A stretch of 64,000 bases of DNA from Nitrospirota bacterium (GTDB lineage: Bacteria; Nitrospirota; UBA9217). The DNA is taken from contig DASPSR010000063.1 in NCBI GenBank assembly GCA_035623825.1, positions 13,982 through 77,981 on the forward strand. The letters are read 5' to 3'. The translations under genes and the position numbers were made by a program. Positions 8,797-18,889 of this stretch are shown one piece after another. Positions within the stretch are counted from its first letter, which is position 1; each line of letters starts with the position of its first letter. The notes below the pieces were generated by a model that saw only the letters and a program-made list of their open reading frames with translations, was not told where the DNA came from and made no database searches.

Positions 8797-10920
8797 ATGC
8801 AAAAAATGACAGTTACAGTAGACGGGAAAAAAGTTGAGGTCCCTGTCGGCTCGACCATCCTGGAGGCTGCGAACGCGGCCGGATCGCGGGTGCCGACCCT
8901 GTGCCACGACAACAAGCTCCATCCCTTCGGCGCGTGCAGGGTCTGTCTCGTCGAAGTGGAAGGCACGCCGCGCAAGTTCACTCCGTCGTGCACCACGCCG
9001 GCCACGGACAACATGGTCGTGAAGACATCGACACCGGCGCTCATCGAGGCGCGACGGATGGTGCTCGAGCTCCTCTTGATCAAACACCCCCTCGACTGCC
9101 CGGTCTGCGACAAGGCGGGAGAGTGCCAGCTCCAGGATCTCGTGCACGAGTACGGGCTTGGACAGAGCAGGTTCGACGCGGAGAAGGGATACCTTCCGCC
9201 GGATTACGAGAGCGCGATCATCGAGCGCAACATCAGCCGCTGCATTCTCTGCGGCAAGTGCGTCAGGATCTGCGACGAACAGAACGGCGTGGGCGAGTGG
9301 GCCTTCACCAGGCGGGGAACGCGGGCGCGCATCAGCACCGATTTCGACCGGCCGCTCGACTGCGAATTCTGCGGCGAATGCACAGAGATCTGCCCGGTCG
9401 GCGCCCTCACCACGCGCCAGTTCAAGTACAGGGCTCGGTCGTGGAACCTCGAGGCGACCGCGTCGGTCTGCAATTATTGCGGCTGCGGCTGCGGCGTCAG
9501 CTATGAGACGCGTGACGGCAAGATCATGCGGGTCGGACCCGCACGGAACAACTATCTCTGCACAAAGGGCCGATTCGGCTGGGATGCCGTCCATCACCAG
9601 GACCGGCTTACCACGCCGATGATGCGTGTTGGCGGACAGCTTGTGGATTGCACCTGGGAAGAGGCCCTTTCGATCGTCGCGACCAACTTGAAGGTGATCA
9701 GGGACAAGCACGGCGCCGGGAAGATCGGAGGATTCGGTTCGGTCCGGACCACCAACGAGGACAGCTATCTATTCCAGAAGTTCCTGCGGTCGGTTGTCGG
9801 GACGAACAATGTGGACATGCTTGCCCGGATCAAGGTCCCGAAGGGTCTGAACACGACATTCTTTTCAGGCGAATTGAGCAGGATTTCGGACCACGAGGTG
9901 ATCCTCGTGCTCGACAAGGACGTGGGCGAGATCAATCCGCTCACCGGCATCGAGATCGTGCGTGCCGTTAACAGGAAGAACCGGAAGGTAATCCTCGTGA
10001 ATGACGAGTTCAACAAGTTCAATAAAATTGCCTCGGTGGTGCTGCCCGCCTCCACCGACCGGGCGCTTGAAGAACTGCGCGGCGCGTTGTCATCCTCATC
10101 AGGAAGCGAGGAGGCAAAACGGGCAGCGGAGTTGCTGAAGAACGCCGGGAATGTCGCAGTCATCGTCCCTGCCCGGCTTTCGGACAAGGAACTTGCCAAT
10201 ATCAGGGAGCTGTGCGGGCAACTCAAGAACGTAACCTATTATCCGCTTGTCCGGCGGAGCAACTTCCAGGGCGCTCTCGATATGGGGACGGTTCCAGATT
10301 ACCTCCCCGGCTACCGGAAGGCAGAGACACCGGGCATGAATGCCGTTGAAATGATAAGTGCGATGAATACCGGTAAGCTGGCTTCGCTCTATATCATGGG
10401 CGACGATCCGGCGGGAAGCGATCAGAACCTCAAGGCAGCGTTGGGGAAGCTCGAGTTCCTTGTGGTTCAGGACATTTTCATGACCGAGACGGCCAAACTC
10501 GCCCATGTGGTGCTGCCGGCAGCCGCCAGCGCCGAGAAGTCCGGCACGTTCACCAACGTTGAGCGCAGACTTCAGCAGCTGAACAAGGCTGAGGAGCCCG
10601 TGGGGGAATCAAGGCCCGACTGGGAAATCCTCCAGGAGATCGCGAAAAGAATGGGCGGTGACATGCACTATGCGTCAGAGCGGGACATTTTGAGGGAAAT
10701 AAGATCTGTCGTTCCTCAGTATGCGGACCTCGCTTTCGGTTCCTGCTGGGCCAGCGACAAGTCCCCCTTGGCGGGGGTTCTTGCCGACCTGTCCCTTGCA
10801 ACGGATTCGATCATGAATCGGGAAGTTATCACTGCGGAGCGCCTTCTGTTCTCGTCAGGCATGACCATTACACGGTCGAAGGAAATAGGGACCATACAAC
10901 ACGTCAAGATCGAAGGGTAG
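8797..10920 (+). CDS. nuoG: NuoG (Fe-S relay plus degenerate molybdopterin-oxidoreductase fold)
   Basis: GACRVC, HPLDCPVCDKAGEC, CILCGKCVRIC, CEFCGECTEICP, CNYCGCGC; EKSGTFTNVERRLQ. Confidence 0.88.
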   Translation: MQKMTVTVDGKKVEVPVGSTILEAANAAGSRVPTLCHDNKLHPFGACRVCLVEVEGTPRKFTPSCTTPATDNMVVKTSTPALIEARRMVLELLLIKHPLDCPVCDKAGECQLQDLVHEYGLGQSRFDAEKGYLPPDYESAIIERNISRCILCGKCVRICDEQNGVGEWAFTRRGTRARISTDFDRPLDCEFCGECTEICPVGALTTRQFKYRARSWNLEATASVCNYCGCGCGVSYETRDGKIMRVGPARNNYLCTKGRFGWDAVHHQDRLTTPMMRVGGQLVDCTWEEALSIVATNLKVIRDKHGAGKIGGFGSVRTTNEDSYLFQKFLRSVVGTNNVDMLARIKVPKGLNTTFFSGELSRISDHEVILVLDKDVGEINPLTGIEIVRAVNRKNRKVILVNDEFNKFNKIASVVLPASTDRALEELRGALSSSSGSEEAKRAAELLKNAGNVAVIVPARLSDKELANIRELCGQLKNVTYYPLVRRSNFQGALDMGTVPDYLPGYRKAETPGMNAVEMISAMNTGKLASLYIMGDDPAGSDQNLKAALGKLEFLVVQDIFMTETAKLAHVVLPAAASAEKSGTFTNVERRLQQLNKAEEPVGESRPDWEILQEIAKRMGGDMHYASERDILREIRSVVPQYADLAFGSCWASDKSPLAGVLADLSLATDSIMNREVITAERLLFSSGMTITRSKEIGTIQHVKIEG

Positions 10921-10928
10921 GAGCGAAC

Positions 10929-12017
10929 ATGCCAGATATGCATCAGATATTGAGTATCGTTTATACGCTTGTTATTCCCGTCGCAGCGCTTTTGGCCTTC
11001 ATTCTGGCAAACGCCATGTACCTGCAGTTGATGGAGCGCAAGGTACTCGCGCACATGCAGGGGCGGCTCGGTCCCATGCGGACCGGCTGGCACGGGATCC
11101 TTCAGCCCGTTGCCGACGCCGTCAAGTTCATCATGAAGGAAGACATCATCCCCGCCAAGGCTGACAAATGGGTATTCAGCATAGCGCCGGTCATCATGCT
11201 CGTCATGGCCTTCGGAGCCTTCGTTGCGTTGCCCTTCGGACCGTCAACGAATTTTTACGGCCTCCTCTCAAAGAAAATCCCCCTTTGGGTGGCGAACCTG
11301 AACATAGGCGTGCTTTACATCCTCGCGCTGTCGAGCGTCGGCACATATGGCGTGATCATGGCGGGCTGGGCATCGAACAACAAGTACTCGCTGATGGGAG
11401 GTTTTCGTTCAGCGGCGCAGATGATCAGCTATGAAATCCCCATGGCCTTCGCCATTGTCACCGTCGTGCTCATGGCCGGGTCCCTGAACCTGTCCGATAT
11501 CGTAAACGCCCAGACGCATCGGTGGTTCCTTGTGGCACTGCCGGTAGGGCCGGTCGCCTTCTTCCTCTATCTCTTCTCCGGCATCGCGGAGACGAACCGC
11601 GTGCCCTTTGATTTGCCCGAGGCAGAGAGCGAACTTGTAGCCGGCTACTTTACCGAGTACACCGGCATCCGCTTCGGCCTGTTCTACATGTCGGAGTACC
11701 TGAACATGATGATCGTGTCGCTCCTCGCGAGCATCATGTTCTTGGGCGGCTGGTTGCCGGTCCAGATACTTCCCAACACGGCCATCGGCCATTTTGCCCC
11801 CATATCCCTGCTCAACAAGGCGCTGGCGGCCTTGCCGTCGACGCTCTGGCTTCTCGTGAAGCTGTATTTCTTTATCTTTTTCTACATGTGGCTGCGGGCA
11901 ACTCTGCCCAGATACCGCTATGATCAGCTCATGGCGATTTCATGGAAGATACTTCTTCCGCTCTCGCTTGCGACGCTGCTTGTTGCGGCATTCATGAGGC
12001 AGGCGGGCTGGCTGTAA
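10929..12017 (+). CDS. nuoH: NADH-quinone oxidoreductase subunit H
   Basis: ERKVLAHMQGRLGP, AETNRVPFDLPEAESELVAG, PRYRYDQLM. Confidence 0.97.
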   Translation: MPDMHQILSIVYTLVIPVAALLAFILANAMYLQLMERKVLAHMQGRLGPMRTGWHGILQPVADAVKFIMKEDIIPAKADKWVFSIAPVIMLVMAFGAFVALPFGPSTNFYGLLSKKIPLWVANLNIGVLYILALSSVGTYGVIMAGWASNNKYSLMGGFRSAAQMISYEIPMAFAIVTVVLMAGSLNLSDIVNAQTHRWFLVALPVGPVAFFLYLFSGIAETNRVPFDLPEAESELVAGYFTEYTGIRFGLFYMSEYLNMMIVSLLASIMFLGGWLPVQILPNTAIGHFAPISLLNKALAALPSTLWLLVKLYFFIFFYMWLRATLPRYRYDQLMAISWKILLPLSLATLLVAAFMRQAGWL

Positions 12018-12033
12018 AAGAGAGGTTGGCACG

Positions 12034-12510
12034 ATGAAGAAGCTAAAAAAACTGCTCAGGACCATTTTCCTTATCGAAATAGCCGAAGGGATGGCGTTGA
12101 CGCTCAAAACCATGCTGACTCCCGCGGTGACGCGGCAGTACCCGACATATAAGCGCAAACCGATCCTCGGGTCCCGCGGGCTCCATGCGATGCGGCGGGA
12201 CGAAACAGGAAAGGGGGCCTGCATCGGATGCGGCCTCTGCGAGGCCGTATGCCCTTCGAAGGCGATAACCGTGGTGACCTCCGAGGGATCCGAACATGAC
12301 AAGCTCGTGAATTCATACGAGCTAGACCTGCTCCGCTGCGTGTTTTGCGGTTTCTGCATCGATGCCTGTCCCGTTTCTGCGATATATCAGACGCCGGAGT
12401 TCGAGCTTTCCTGCTATTCACGGAAAGATGCCTTCTATACCAAGGAGCGGCTGATCGAAGTGGGCGACCGATTTATGGGCGGAAAGGCGGTAAAGAAGCA
12501 TGATCAATAA
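12034..12510 (+). CDS. nuoI: NADH-quinone oxidoreductase subunit I
   Basis: CIGCGLCEAVCP and CVFCGFCIDACP. Confidence 0.96.
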   Translation: MKKLKKLLRTIFLIEIAEGMALTLKTMLTPAVTRQYPTYKRKPILGSRGLHAMRRDETGKGACIGCGLCEAVCPSKAITVVTSEGSEHDKLVNSYELDLLRCVFCGFCIDACPVSAIYQTPEFELSCYSRKDAFYTKERLIEVGDRFMGGKAVKKHDQ

Positions 12511-13009
12511 GGTGATCTTCCTCTATTTTGCGGCAGTGATACTGGCGTCGGCCATCATGATGGTAACGCGGAGAAATCCCATCCATAGCGTATTGTTCAT
12601 GCTGCTGCTGTTTTTCCACATTGCGGGGCTGTTCGTGTTGCTCAATGCCGAGTTCCTGGCCGCGGTCCAGCTCATTGTATACGCCGGCGCCATCCTCATC
12701 CTCTATCTCTTCGTGGTGATGCTCCTGAACGTGGACAAGGAGAGCATAGCGGCCAGGGCGAACCGGTACTGGCCCTGGATAGCCGCATTCGGGATCCTCA
12801 TTGCTGGAGAGGTAGTGCTCCTTGTTTCACGAGGGATCTTCCCCGCCGACGAGGGCCAAGAGCCGATGAGGCTCGCCTCCGACGGGGTCCTTTCTCTGGG
12901 GACGGAACTTTACACAAAATATCTGGTGCCGTTCGAGATCGCATCGGTCGTGCTCTTGGTAGGGCTGGTCGGGGCTGTGATGCTGGCAAAGATAAAGACG
13001 AAGGAGTAA
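12500..13009 (+). CDS. nuoJ: NADH-quinone oxidoreductase subunit J
   Basis: AEFLAAVQLIVYAGAI, PFEIASVVLLVG. Confidence 0.96.
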   Translation: MINKVIFLYFAAVILASAIMMVTRRNPIHSVLFMLLLFFHIAGLFVLLNAEFLAAVQLIVYAGAILILYLFVVMLLNVDKESIAARANRYWPWIAAFGILIAGEVVLLVSRGIFPADEGQEPMRLASDGVLSLGTELYTKYLVPFEIASVVLLVGLVGAVMLAKIKTKE

Positions 13010-13014
13010 ATCGT

Positions 13015-13317
13015 ATGATCCCCTTATCATGGTATGTGATCCTGAGCGCTGCTCTGTTCACCATCGGCGTGGTCGGCGTGTTCTCGAGACGTAATATCTT
13101 CATCCTTCTGATGTCCATAGAACTCATGCTGAACGCGGCCAACATCAATTTCATAGCATTCTCTCATTACCTGCAGTCCCTGACTGGGCAGATATTCGTG
13201 ATCTTCGTCATCACCGTGGCCGCGGCAGAGGCCGCCGTGGCGCTTGCGATCATCATCCTGCTTGCAAGGAACCGCGGAAGTGTCTACGTCGACGAGTTCA
13301 ACATCATGAAAGGGTAG
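13015..13317 (+). CDS. nuoK: NADH-quinone oxidoreductase subunit K
   Basis: LMSIELMLNA, VAAAEAAVALA. Confidence 0.97.
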   Translation: MIPLSWYVILSAALFTIGVVGVFSRRNIFILLMSIELMLNAANINFIAFSHYLQSLTGQIFVIFVITVAAAEAAVALAIIILLARNRGSVYVDEFNIMKG

Positions 13318-13453
13318 GGATAGAGTCCCAGATCCCGGAAGCAAGTGCCATAGGCCCTTATCACCGAAGGAGAAGCGCGTTTTTTGATTTAGAGGTCGGC
13401 CGATGTCTGGGGTTGGGGATTTGATTGGCAGATATTAAACCGAGGTGCACGAC

Positions 13454-15382
13454 ATGCTTACATACGCATTGATTCCGATCCTGCCGTTCGCCGGCTTCCT
13501 GATCGCGGGACTGTTCGGCAAGTATCTCAAGGAGAGGGCGGCATACGCCGCTATAGCCGGAGTCGTCGGCGCGTTTCTTCTTTCGTTCAGCACATTCCTC
13601 GACGTGCTCGACGGGACGATCATAAATGAGAACCTCTATTCCTGGATTTCCATCGGCACCCTCAGCGTGAATGTAGGTTTCCAGATCGACCAGCTCACAG
13701 CGGTGATGCTCCTCGTGGTGACCACGCTCAGCTCCCTCATCCACATATACTCGGTGGGATACATGCACGGCGACAAGGGATATGCGCGCTTCTTCTCCTA
13801 CCTGGCGCTTTTCACGTTCTTCATGCTTGTGCTGGTGATGGCCAACAACTTCCTCCTCATGTTCGTGGGCTGGGAAGGGGTGGGCCTCTGCTCCTATCTC
13901 CTCATCGGTTTCTGGTATGAGAAAAAATCCGCTTCGGATGCGGGCGTCAAGGCGTTTGTCGTGAACCGCGTCGGCGACTTCGGATTCGTGCTTGGAATGC
14001 TGCTTATCTTCAGCACGTTCGGCACCCTTGATTTCGCCGGCGTCTTTGCCGCCCTCTCCGGACCCGCGGCGAAGCAGAGCATTGCCCTGCTCGGCGGCAA
14101 TATCAGCGTGGTCACCCTGATCGCGCTTCTCCTGTTCCTCGGAGCGACGGGCAAATCCGCACAGCTCCCGCTCTATGTCTGGCTGCCGGATGCCATGGAG
14201 GGCCCGACGCCGGTCAGCGCCTTGATCCACGCCGCGACCATGGTAACCGCAGGGGTGTTTATGGTGTCGCGCTGCGCGCCGATCTTCTCGCTTTCGGAGA
14301 CGGCGATGACAACGGTGGCCGTGGTCGGCGGCCTGACCGCGGTCTTTGCGGCGACCATCGGCCTCGTGCAGAATGACATCAAGAGGGTTATCGCATACTC
14401 CACTATCAGTCAGCTCGGATACATGTTCCTGGGCCTTGGTGTTGGGGCGTTCTCCGCCGGCATTTTCCACCTCACGACGCATGCCTTCTTCAAGGGGCTC
14501 CTGTTCCTGGCGTCGGGCAGCGTCATCCATGCCCTGTCCGGCGAACAGGACATGCGCAAGATGGGTGCGCTCAAGTCCAAGATCAGCATCACCCATGTGG
14601 TCTTTATCATCGGATCTCTTGCGCTGGCGGGCATCTTCCCGTTCGCGGGGTTCTTCAGCAAGGATGAGATCCTCTGGAGCGCGTACAGCTCACCCGGGAT
14701 GGGGAGGGTGCTGTGGCTCCTCGGCGTGGCAGGGGCGTTCATGACGGCGTTCTACTCGTTCCGTCTGATCTACCTGACGTTCTATGGGGAATCGCGCATA
14801 GACCATGAGGTCGAACACCACGTGCATGAGTCGCCGAAGGTGATGACCGTACCGCTCATGATCCTGGCGTTCTTCTCCCTGACCATAGGATGGATCGGCA
14901 TGCCGGGGGCGATCCTTCCCAACGTCAACCTGTTCGGAAACTTCCTCGCGCCAATCTTCCCGCATGCGGAGCATGCGGCCGCGGAGAGCCATGGCATCGA
15001 GAGATGGTTGATGCTCTTCTCGGTCCTGGTCGCGCTCTCGGGCATCAGGATGGCCTATTCCCTCTACGTGAAGAACACGTCGCTCCCGGACCGTATCGCT
15101 GACCGCTACAAAGGTGCCTACAACCTGCTCCTTTCCAAGTATAAGATTGACGAGATATACAACTATCTTTTCGTCGATGGCCTGGTCCACAAGGTCGCCA
15201 CGTTCCTGTACAAAGTCGGCGACGTCAAGATCGTTGACGGCGCGGTGAACGGCATCGCCAGACTCATCGGGACGACAAGCGAGCGGGGCCGGAGGATTCA
15301 AACCGGCTATGTGCAGCAGTACGCGTTCACCATGGGGCTCGGTCTCGTGGTGCTCGTTGGGCTTTATTATGTCTTGAAGTGA
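13454..15382 (+). CDS. nuoL: NADH-quinone oxidoreductase subunit L
   Basis: GWEGVGLCSYLLIGFW, WLPDAMEGPTPVSALIHAATMV; alternative GTG start at 13445. Confidence 0.97.
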   Translation: MLTYALIPILPFAGFLIAGLFGKYLKERAAYAAIAGVVGAFLLSFSTFLDVLDGTIINENLYSWISIGTLSVNVGFQIDQLTAVMLLVVTTLSSLIHIYSVGYMHGDKGYARFFSYLALFTFFMLVLVMANNFLLMFVGWEGVGLCSYLLIGFWYEKKSASDAGVKAFVVNRVGDFGFVLGMLLIFSTFGTLDFAGVFAALSGPAAKQSIALLGGNISVVTLIALLLFLGATGKSAQLPLYVWLPDAMEGPTPVSALIHAATMVTAGVFMVSRCAPIFSLSETAMTTVAVVGGLTAVFAATIGLVQNDIKRVIAYSTISQLGYMFLGLGVGAFSAGIFHLTTHAFFKGLLFLASGSVIHALSGEQDMRKMGALKSKISITHVVFIIGSLALAGIFPFAGFFSKDEILWSAYSSPGMGRVLWLLGVAGAFMTAFYSFRLIYLTFYGESRIDHEVEHHVHESPKVMTVPLMILAFFSLTIGWIGMPGAILPNVNLFGNFLAPIFPHAEHAAAESHGIERWLMLFSVLVALSGIRMAYSLYVKNTSLPDRIADRYKGAYNLLLSKYKIDEIYNYLFVDGLVHKVATFLYKVGDVKIVDGAVNGIARLIGTTSERGRRIQTGYVQQYAFTMGLGLVVLVGLYYVLK

Positions 15383-15464
15383 CGTGCGGAGAGCATAGGG
15401 AGGAGCGCAAAGGGCAGATGCCTTTCGCTCCACGTCCCATGCTCTGTGTCAAAAGGAGTCATAC

Positions 15465-17009
15465 ATGCTCGAACTAAGATTGCATCAGCTCGATTATCCT
15501 CTGCTGAGCCTCATGATATTCATCCCGGTGCTCGGCTCGTTCCTCCTGCTGTTCATACGGAACGCCGCTACGGTGCGCTGGGTCGCGCTTGGCTTCTCTT
15601 TCGTCGAGCTGGCCCTGTGTGTACCCCTGCTCCTTAATTTCGACAGCTCGATTCCCCACATGCAGTTCGGCGAGAGCCACACATGGATCGCCGCGTGGGA
15701 TATCAACTACCGGCTCGGCGTTGACGGGATCAGCATCCTGTTCGTTGCGCTGACGGCGCTCCTCACGAGCATATCCATCATGGTCTCGTGGACGGCCATC
15801 CAGGACCGGGTGCGGGAATTCATGATTGCCATGCTGTTCCTCGAGGCCGGTATGATCGGGGTGTTCACCGCGCTCGACCTCTTCCTGTTCTACATCTTCT
15901 GGGAGGCGATGCTCATCCCCATGTACCTGTTGATCGGCATCTGGGGCGGCCCCAACCGGCTTTACGCCGCGATCAAGTTCTTCCTGTATACTTTGGTCGG
16001 GAGCGTGCTGATGCTCGTCGGGATCATCGCGGTGTATGTCGCCGCGGGCAACACCTTCGACGTGCTCACGCTCATGAATCACAAATTCAGCTACACATTC
16101 CAGATGTGGGTGTTCGCCGCGTTCTTCCTTGCATTCGCGGTCAAGGTTCCCATGTTCCCGGTCCATACCTGGCTGCCTGATGCGCACGTAGAAGCGCCGA
16201 CCGCCGGGAGCATCATACTCGCTGGCATCCTGATCAAGATGGGGGCCTACGGCTTCCTGCGGTTCTCGCTGCCGTTCTTCCCGGATGCGGCCATGAAGTG
16301 GACGCCGGCAATCATGGTCCTGTCCGTGATTGCCATCATCTACGGCGCATACATGGCCTTCGCCCAGACAGATTTCAAGAAGCTGATAGCCTATTCGAGC
16401 GTCAGCCATATGGGTTTCGTCACCCTCGGGATCTTCGCCCTGAACCTTCAGGGGCTTGAAGGCGGCATCCTCCAGATGCTGAACCACGGTGTTTCAACCG
16501 GGGCATTGTTCCTCGCCGTCGGCGTCATCTACGAACGGACCCATACGCGGCAGATTGCAGACTATGGCGGCATTGCGGCGAAGGTTCCGGTCTATGCGGC
16601 GTTCCTGCTGATCATAACGCTTTCGTCCATCGGCCTTCCGGGGACGAACGGCTTCATCGGCGAATTCACGATCTTGCTCGGCGCGTTCCTGCACTCGAAG
16701 CCGTACGCGGTGATCGCATCGATCGGGATCATCCTCGGCGCGGGTTACATGCTCTGGCTGTATCAGCGTGTCGCATTCGGCACGATTACCAACCCACACA
16801 ACGAGCACCTCGCGGATATGAACCTGCGCGAGGTGGCGGCCGCGCTCCCGCTCGTTGTGCTCGTATTCATTATCGGCTTTTATCCCAACGCCGCGTTCGG
16901 CGTGATGCACGCTTCTGTATCGAACCTGATGCAGCATATAAATGAAAAGGTCCAGACCGCTCCTGCTGTCACGCAGATGGTGAGCGACGTTCTTCGGATG
17001 TCGAATTGA
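15465..17009 (+). CDS. nuoM: NADH-quinone oxidoreductase subunit M
   Basis: FWEAMLIP, PVHTWLPDAHVEAP, AYSSVSHMG. Confidence 0.97.
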   Translation: MLELRLHQLDYPLLSLMIFIPVLGSFLLLFIRNAATVRWVALGFSFVELALCVPLLLNFDSSIPHMQFGESHTWIAAWDINYRLGVDGISILFVALTALLTSISIMVSWTAIQDRVREFMIAMLFLEAGMIGVFTALDLFLFYIFWEAMLIPMYLLIGIWGGPNRLYAAIKFFLYTLVGSVLMLVGIIAVYVAAGNTFDVLTLMNHKFSYTFQMWVFAAFFLAFAVKVPMFPVHTWLPDAHVEAPTAGSIILAGILIKMGAYGFLRFSLPFFPDAAMKWTPAIMVLSVIAIIYGAYMAFAQTDFKKLIAYSSVSHMGFVTLGIFALNLQGLEGGILQMLNHGVSTGALFLAVGVIYERTHTRQIADYGGIAAKVPVYAAFLLIITLSSIGLPGTNGFIGEFTILLGAFLHSKPYAVIASIGIILGAGYMLWLYQRVAFGTITNPHNEHLADMNLREVAAALPLVVLVFIIGFYPNAAFGVMHASVSNLMQHINEKVQTAPAVTQMVSDVLRMSN

Positions 17010-17109
17010 AAATTGAAGGCTGGAGAACGCGGTAGTGAAGGCACGTAATGGGCGATTACCAATTTCCCATTTGCACTTTACACTAGAACGAGGTCTTTAA
17101 GGAGTTACC

Positions 17110-18564
17110 ATGTCCATCATGTACCAGGATTTCTTGCGGTCCATAATGCCCATCAACGCCGAAGTGATCGTCGTCACCGTGGCGCTGATCGTGCTCATTC
17201 TCGATTTCTTTGTTGAGGAAGAGAGCAAATACTATCTTGGCTGGCTCAGTCTGGGCGGGATCATCTGGGCGGCGGCCGCCACGTATAACGTGATGGGCGC
17301 TAACGGCGCATTCTTCAGCGGGACGTTCCTGCTCGACCCCTTTTCGACCTTCTTCAAGTTTGTTTTCTACCTTGCCTGCGGACTCGGCATCCTGGTATCC
17401 ATCAACTACTTGAAGATCGAAGACATTCGCCGCGGCGAATACTATGCGCTGATGCTGTTTGCCACGAGCGGCATGATGCTGATGGCCTCGGCTGGCGACC
17501 TCATCACCCTCTATCTTGGTCTGGAGCTTATGGCGCTCTCCATCTATATCCTTGCGGGGTTCATGCGGAGCGACAACCGGTCGAATGAATCAGCGATCAA
17601 GTACCTGCTCCTCGGCGCGTTCTCGTCCGGCATCATGCTCTACGGCATGTCGCTCCTCTACGGGCTTTCCGGCACTACGAACCTCGCGGGAATCCTGACG
17701 TTCCTGCGCGAAGCTGACCTCACGAATCCGGTGCTGTTCCTGGCCATGATCATGCTGGTCGTGAGCTTCGGGTTCAAGGTCGCGGCGGCGCCGTTCCACA
17801 TGTGGGTCCCGGATGTGTACGAAGGCGCCCCTACATCGGTAACGGCCTTCATGTCCGCAGGGCCCAAGGTGGCCGGTTTCGCCGTACTCCTCAGGGTCTT
17901 TACGTACGCGCTCGAACCTCTGCACGCGCACTCGACGGCGATCATCGCCGGCCTGGCCGTGCTCACCATGGCTGTCGGCAACATCATGGCCCTGTCCCAG
18001 ACGAACATCAAGCGCATGCTTGCATACTCGTCTATCGCGCATGCCGGATACGCCCTGGTGGGGCTTGCCGCCGGCGGCCCGGATGGCGCAGCGAGCGTGA
18101 TGCTCTACGTGTGCATCTATGCCCTGATGAACATGGGCGCGTTCGGCGTGGTGATCATGCTTCGGAAAACCGGTGAGCGTGGCGAGGAGATAACCGACTT
18201 CGCAGGGCTCGGCAAGAGCAACAAGACGGCGGCGTTCCTCATGCTCATCTTCATGTTCTCCCTCACGGGAATACCCCCCTTGGCCGGTTTTGTGGGCAAA
18301 TTCTATATCTTCAAGGCGGCGGTGGAGGCAGGGCTTGTATGGCTTGCGGTGGTGGGAGTGCTGTTCTCCGCCATAAGCGCGTACTTCTACCTCCGGATCA
18401 TCATGATCATGTATATGAACGAGCCCAAAGGGAGCTTCGAACTGACCACATCGCCCTCCCTTGCGCTTGCTCTGGCGATCTCGGTTACGGCCGTCATTGT
18501 CATCGGAGTATATCCGACGAACCTTCTGAACTTCGCACGCGCATCCATCATCGGGATCATGTAG
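17110..18564 (+). CDS. nuoN: NADH-quinone oxidoreductase subunit N
   Basis: FKVAAAPFHMWVPDVYEGAP, KRMLAYSSIAHAGY. Confidence 0.97.
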   Translation: MSIMYQDFLRSIMPINAEVIVVTVALIVLILDFFVEEESKYYLGWLSLGGIIWAAAATYNVMGANGAFFSGTFLLDPFSTFFKFVFYLACGLGILVSINYLKIEDIRRGEYYALMLFATSGMMLMASAGDLITLYLGLELMALSIYILAGFMRSDNRSNESAIKYLLLGAFSSGIMLYGMSLLYGLSGTTNLAGILTFLREADLTNPVLFLAMIMLVVSFGFKVAAAPFHMWVPDVYEGAPTSVTAFMSAGPKVAGFAVLLRVFTYALEPLHAHSTAIIAGLAVLTMAVGNIMALSQTNIKRMLAYSSIAHAGYALVGLAAGGPDGAASVMLYVCIYALMNMGAFGVVIMLRKTGERGEEITDFAGLGKSNKTAAFLMLIFMFSLTGIPPLAGFVGKFYIFKAAVEAGLVWLAVVGVLFSAISAYFYLRIIMIMYMNEPKGSFELTTSPSLALALAISVTAVIVIGVYPTNLLNFARASIIGIM

Positions 18565-18889
18565 TGGAACGATCGCCTGCCTGTTTTCGCCTCGGGAGGC
18601 GGCAGCTGGAGCAAGGCACACCAGGGCACTCTTTCTGGCAGGATGCGGAACGATGAACGCATGGTTTGGTCGGCTTGTTCGTAAGAAATCTGCAGCAGGT
18701 GACGGTATTCGGCACTCCCTGACGTAGAACGGCGCCCTCTCCTGTCGGACGGCTCAAGCCAGGCTCTTTAACACGCCGGATTTGGCTGGCGGACGATGTC
18801 CCGCCGACCACCTCCCTCTCCCCCCTGTGACAAACTCGCATATGTTTTATCTCATACCGGTTCGACGTAATCCATGGTATATTTTGTTC

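Noticed and set aside
7741-9711. Long antisense ORFs (also 1584-2822, 13361-14596, 29652-30875, 61835-63121, 63188-63994)
   Set aside because: Shadow frames of well-supported genes in GC3-rich DNA; no recognisable motifs
8797-10920. Formate dehydrogenase or [FeFe]-hydrogenase catalytic subunit
   Set aside because: No Cys/Sec-His Mo ligand motif, no in-frame TGA, no H-cluster motifs
18826-18840. CRP/HcpR-like site TGTGA...TCGCA upstream of the YwiC-like gene
   Set aside because: Spacer is 5 nt rather than 6 and one half-site is imperfect
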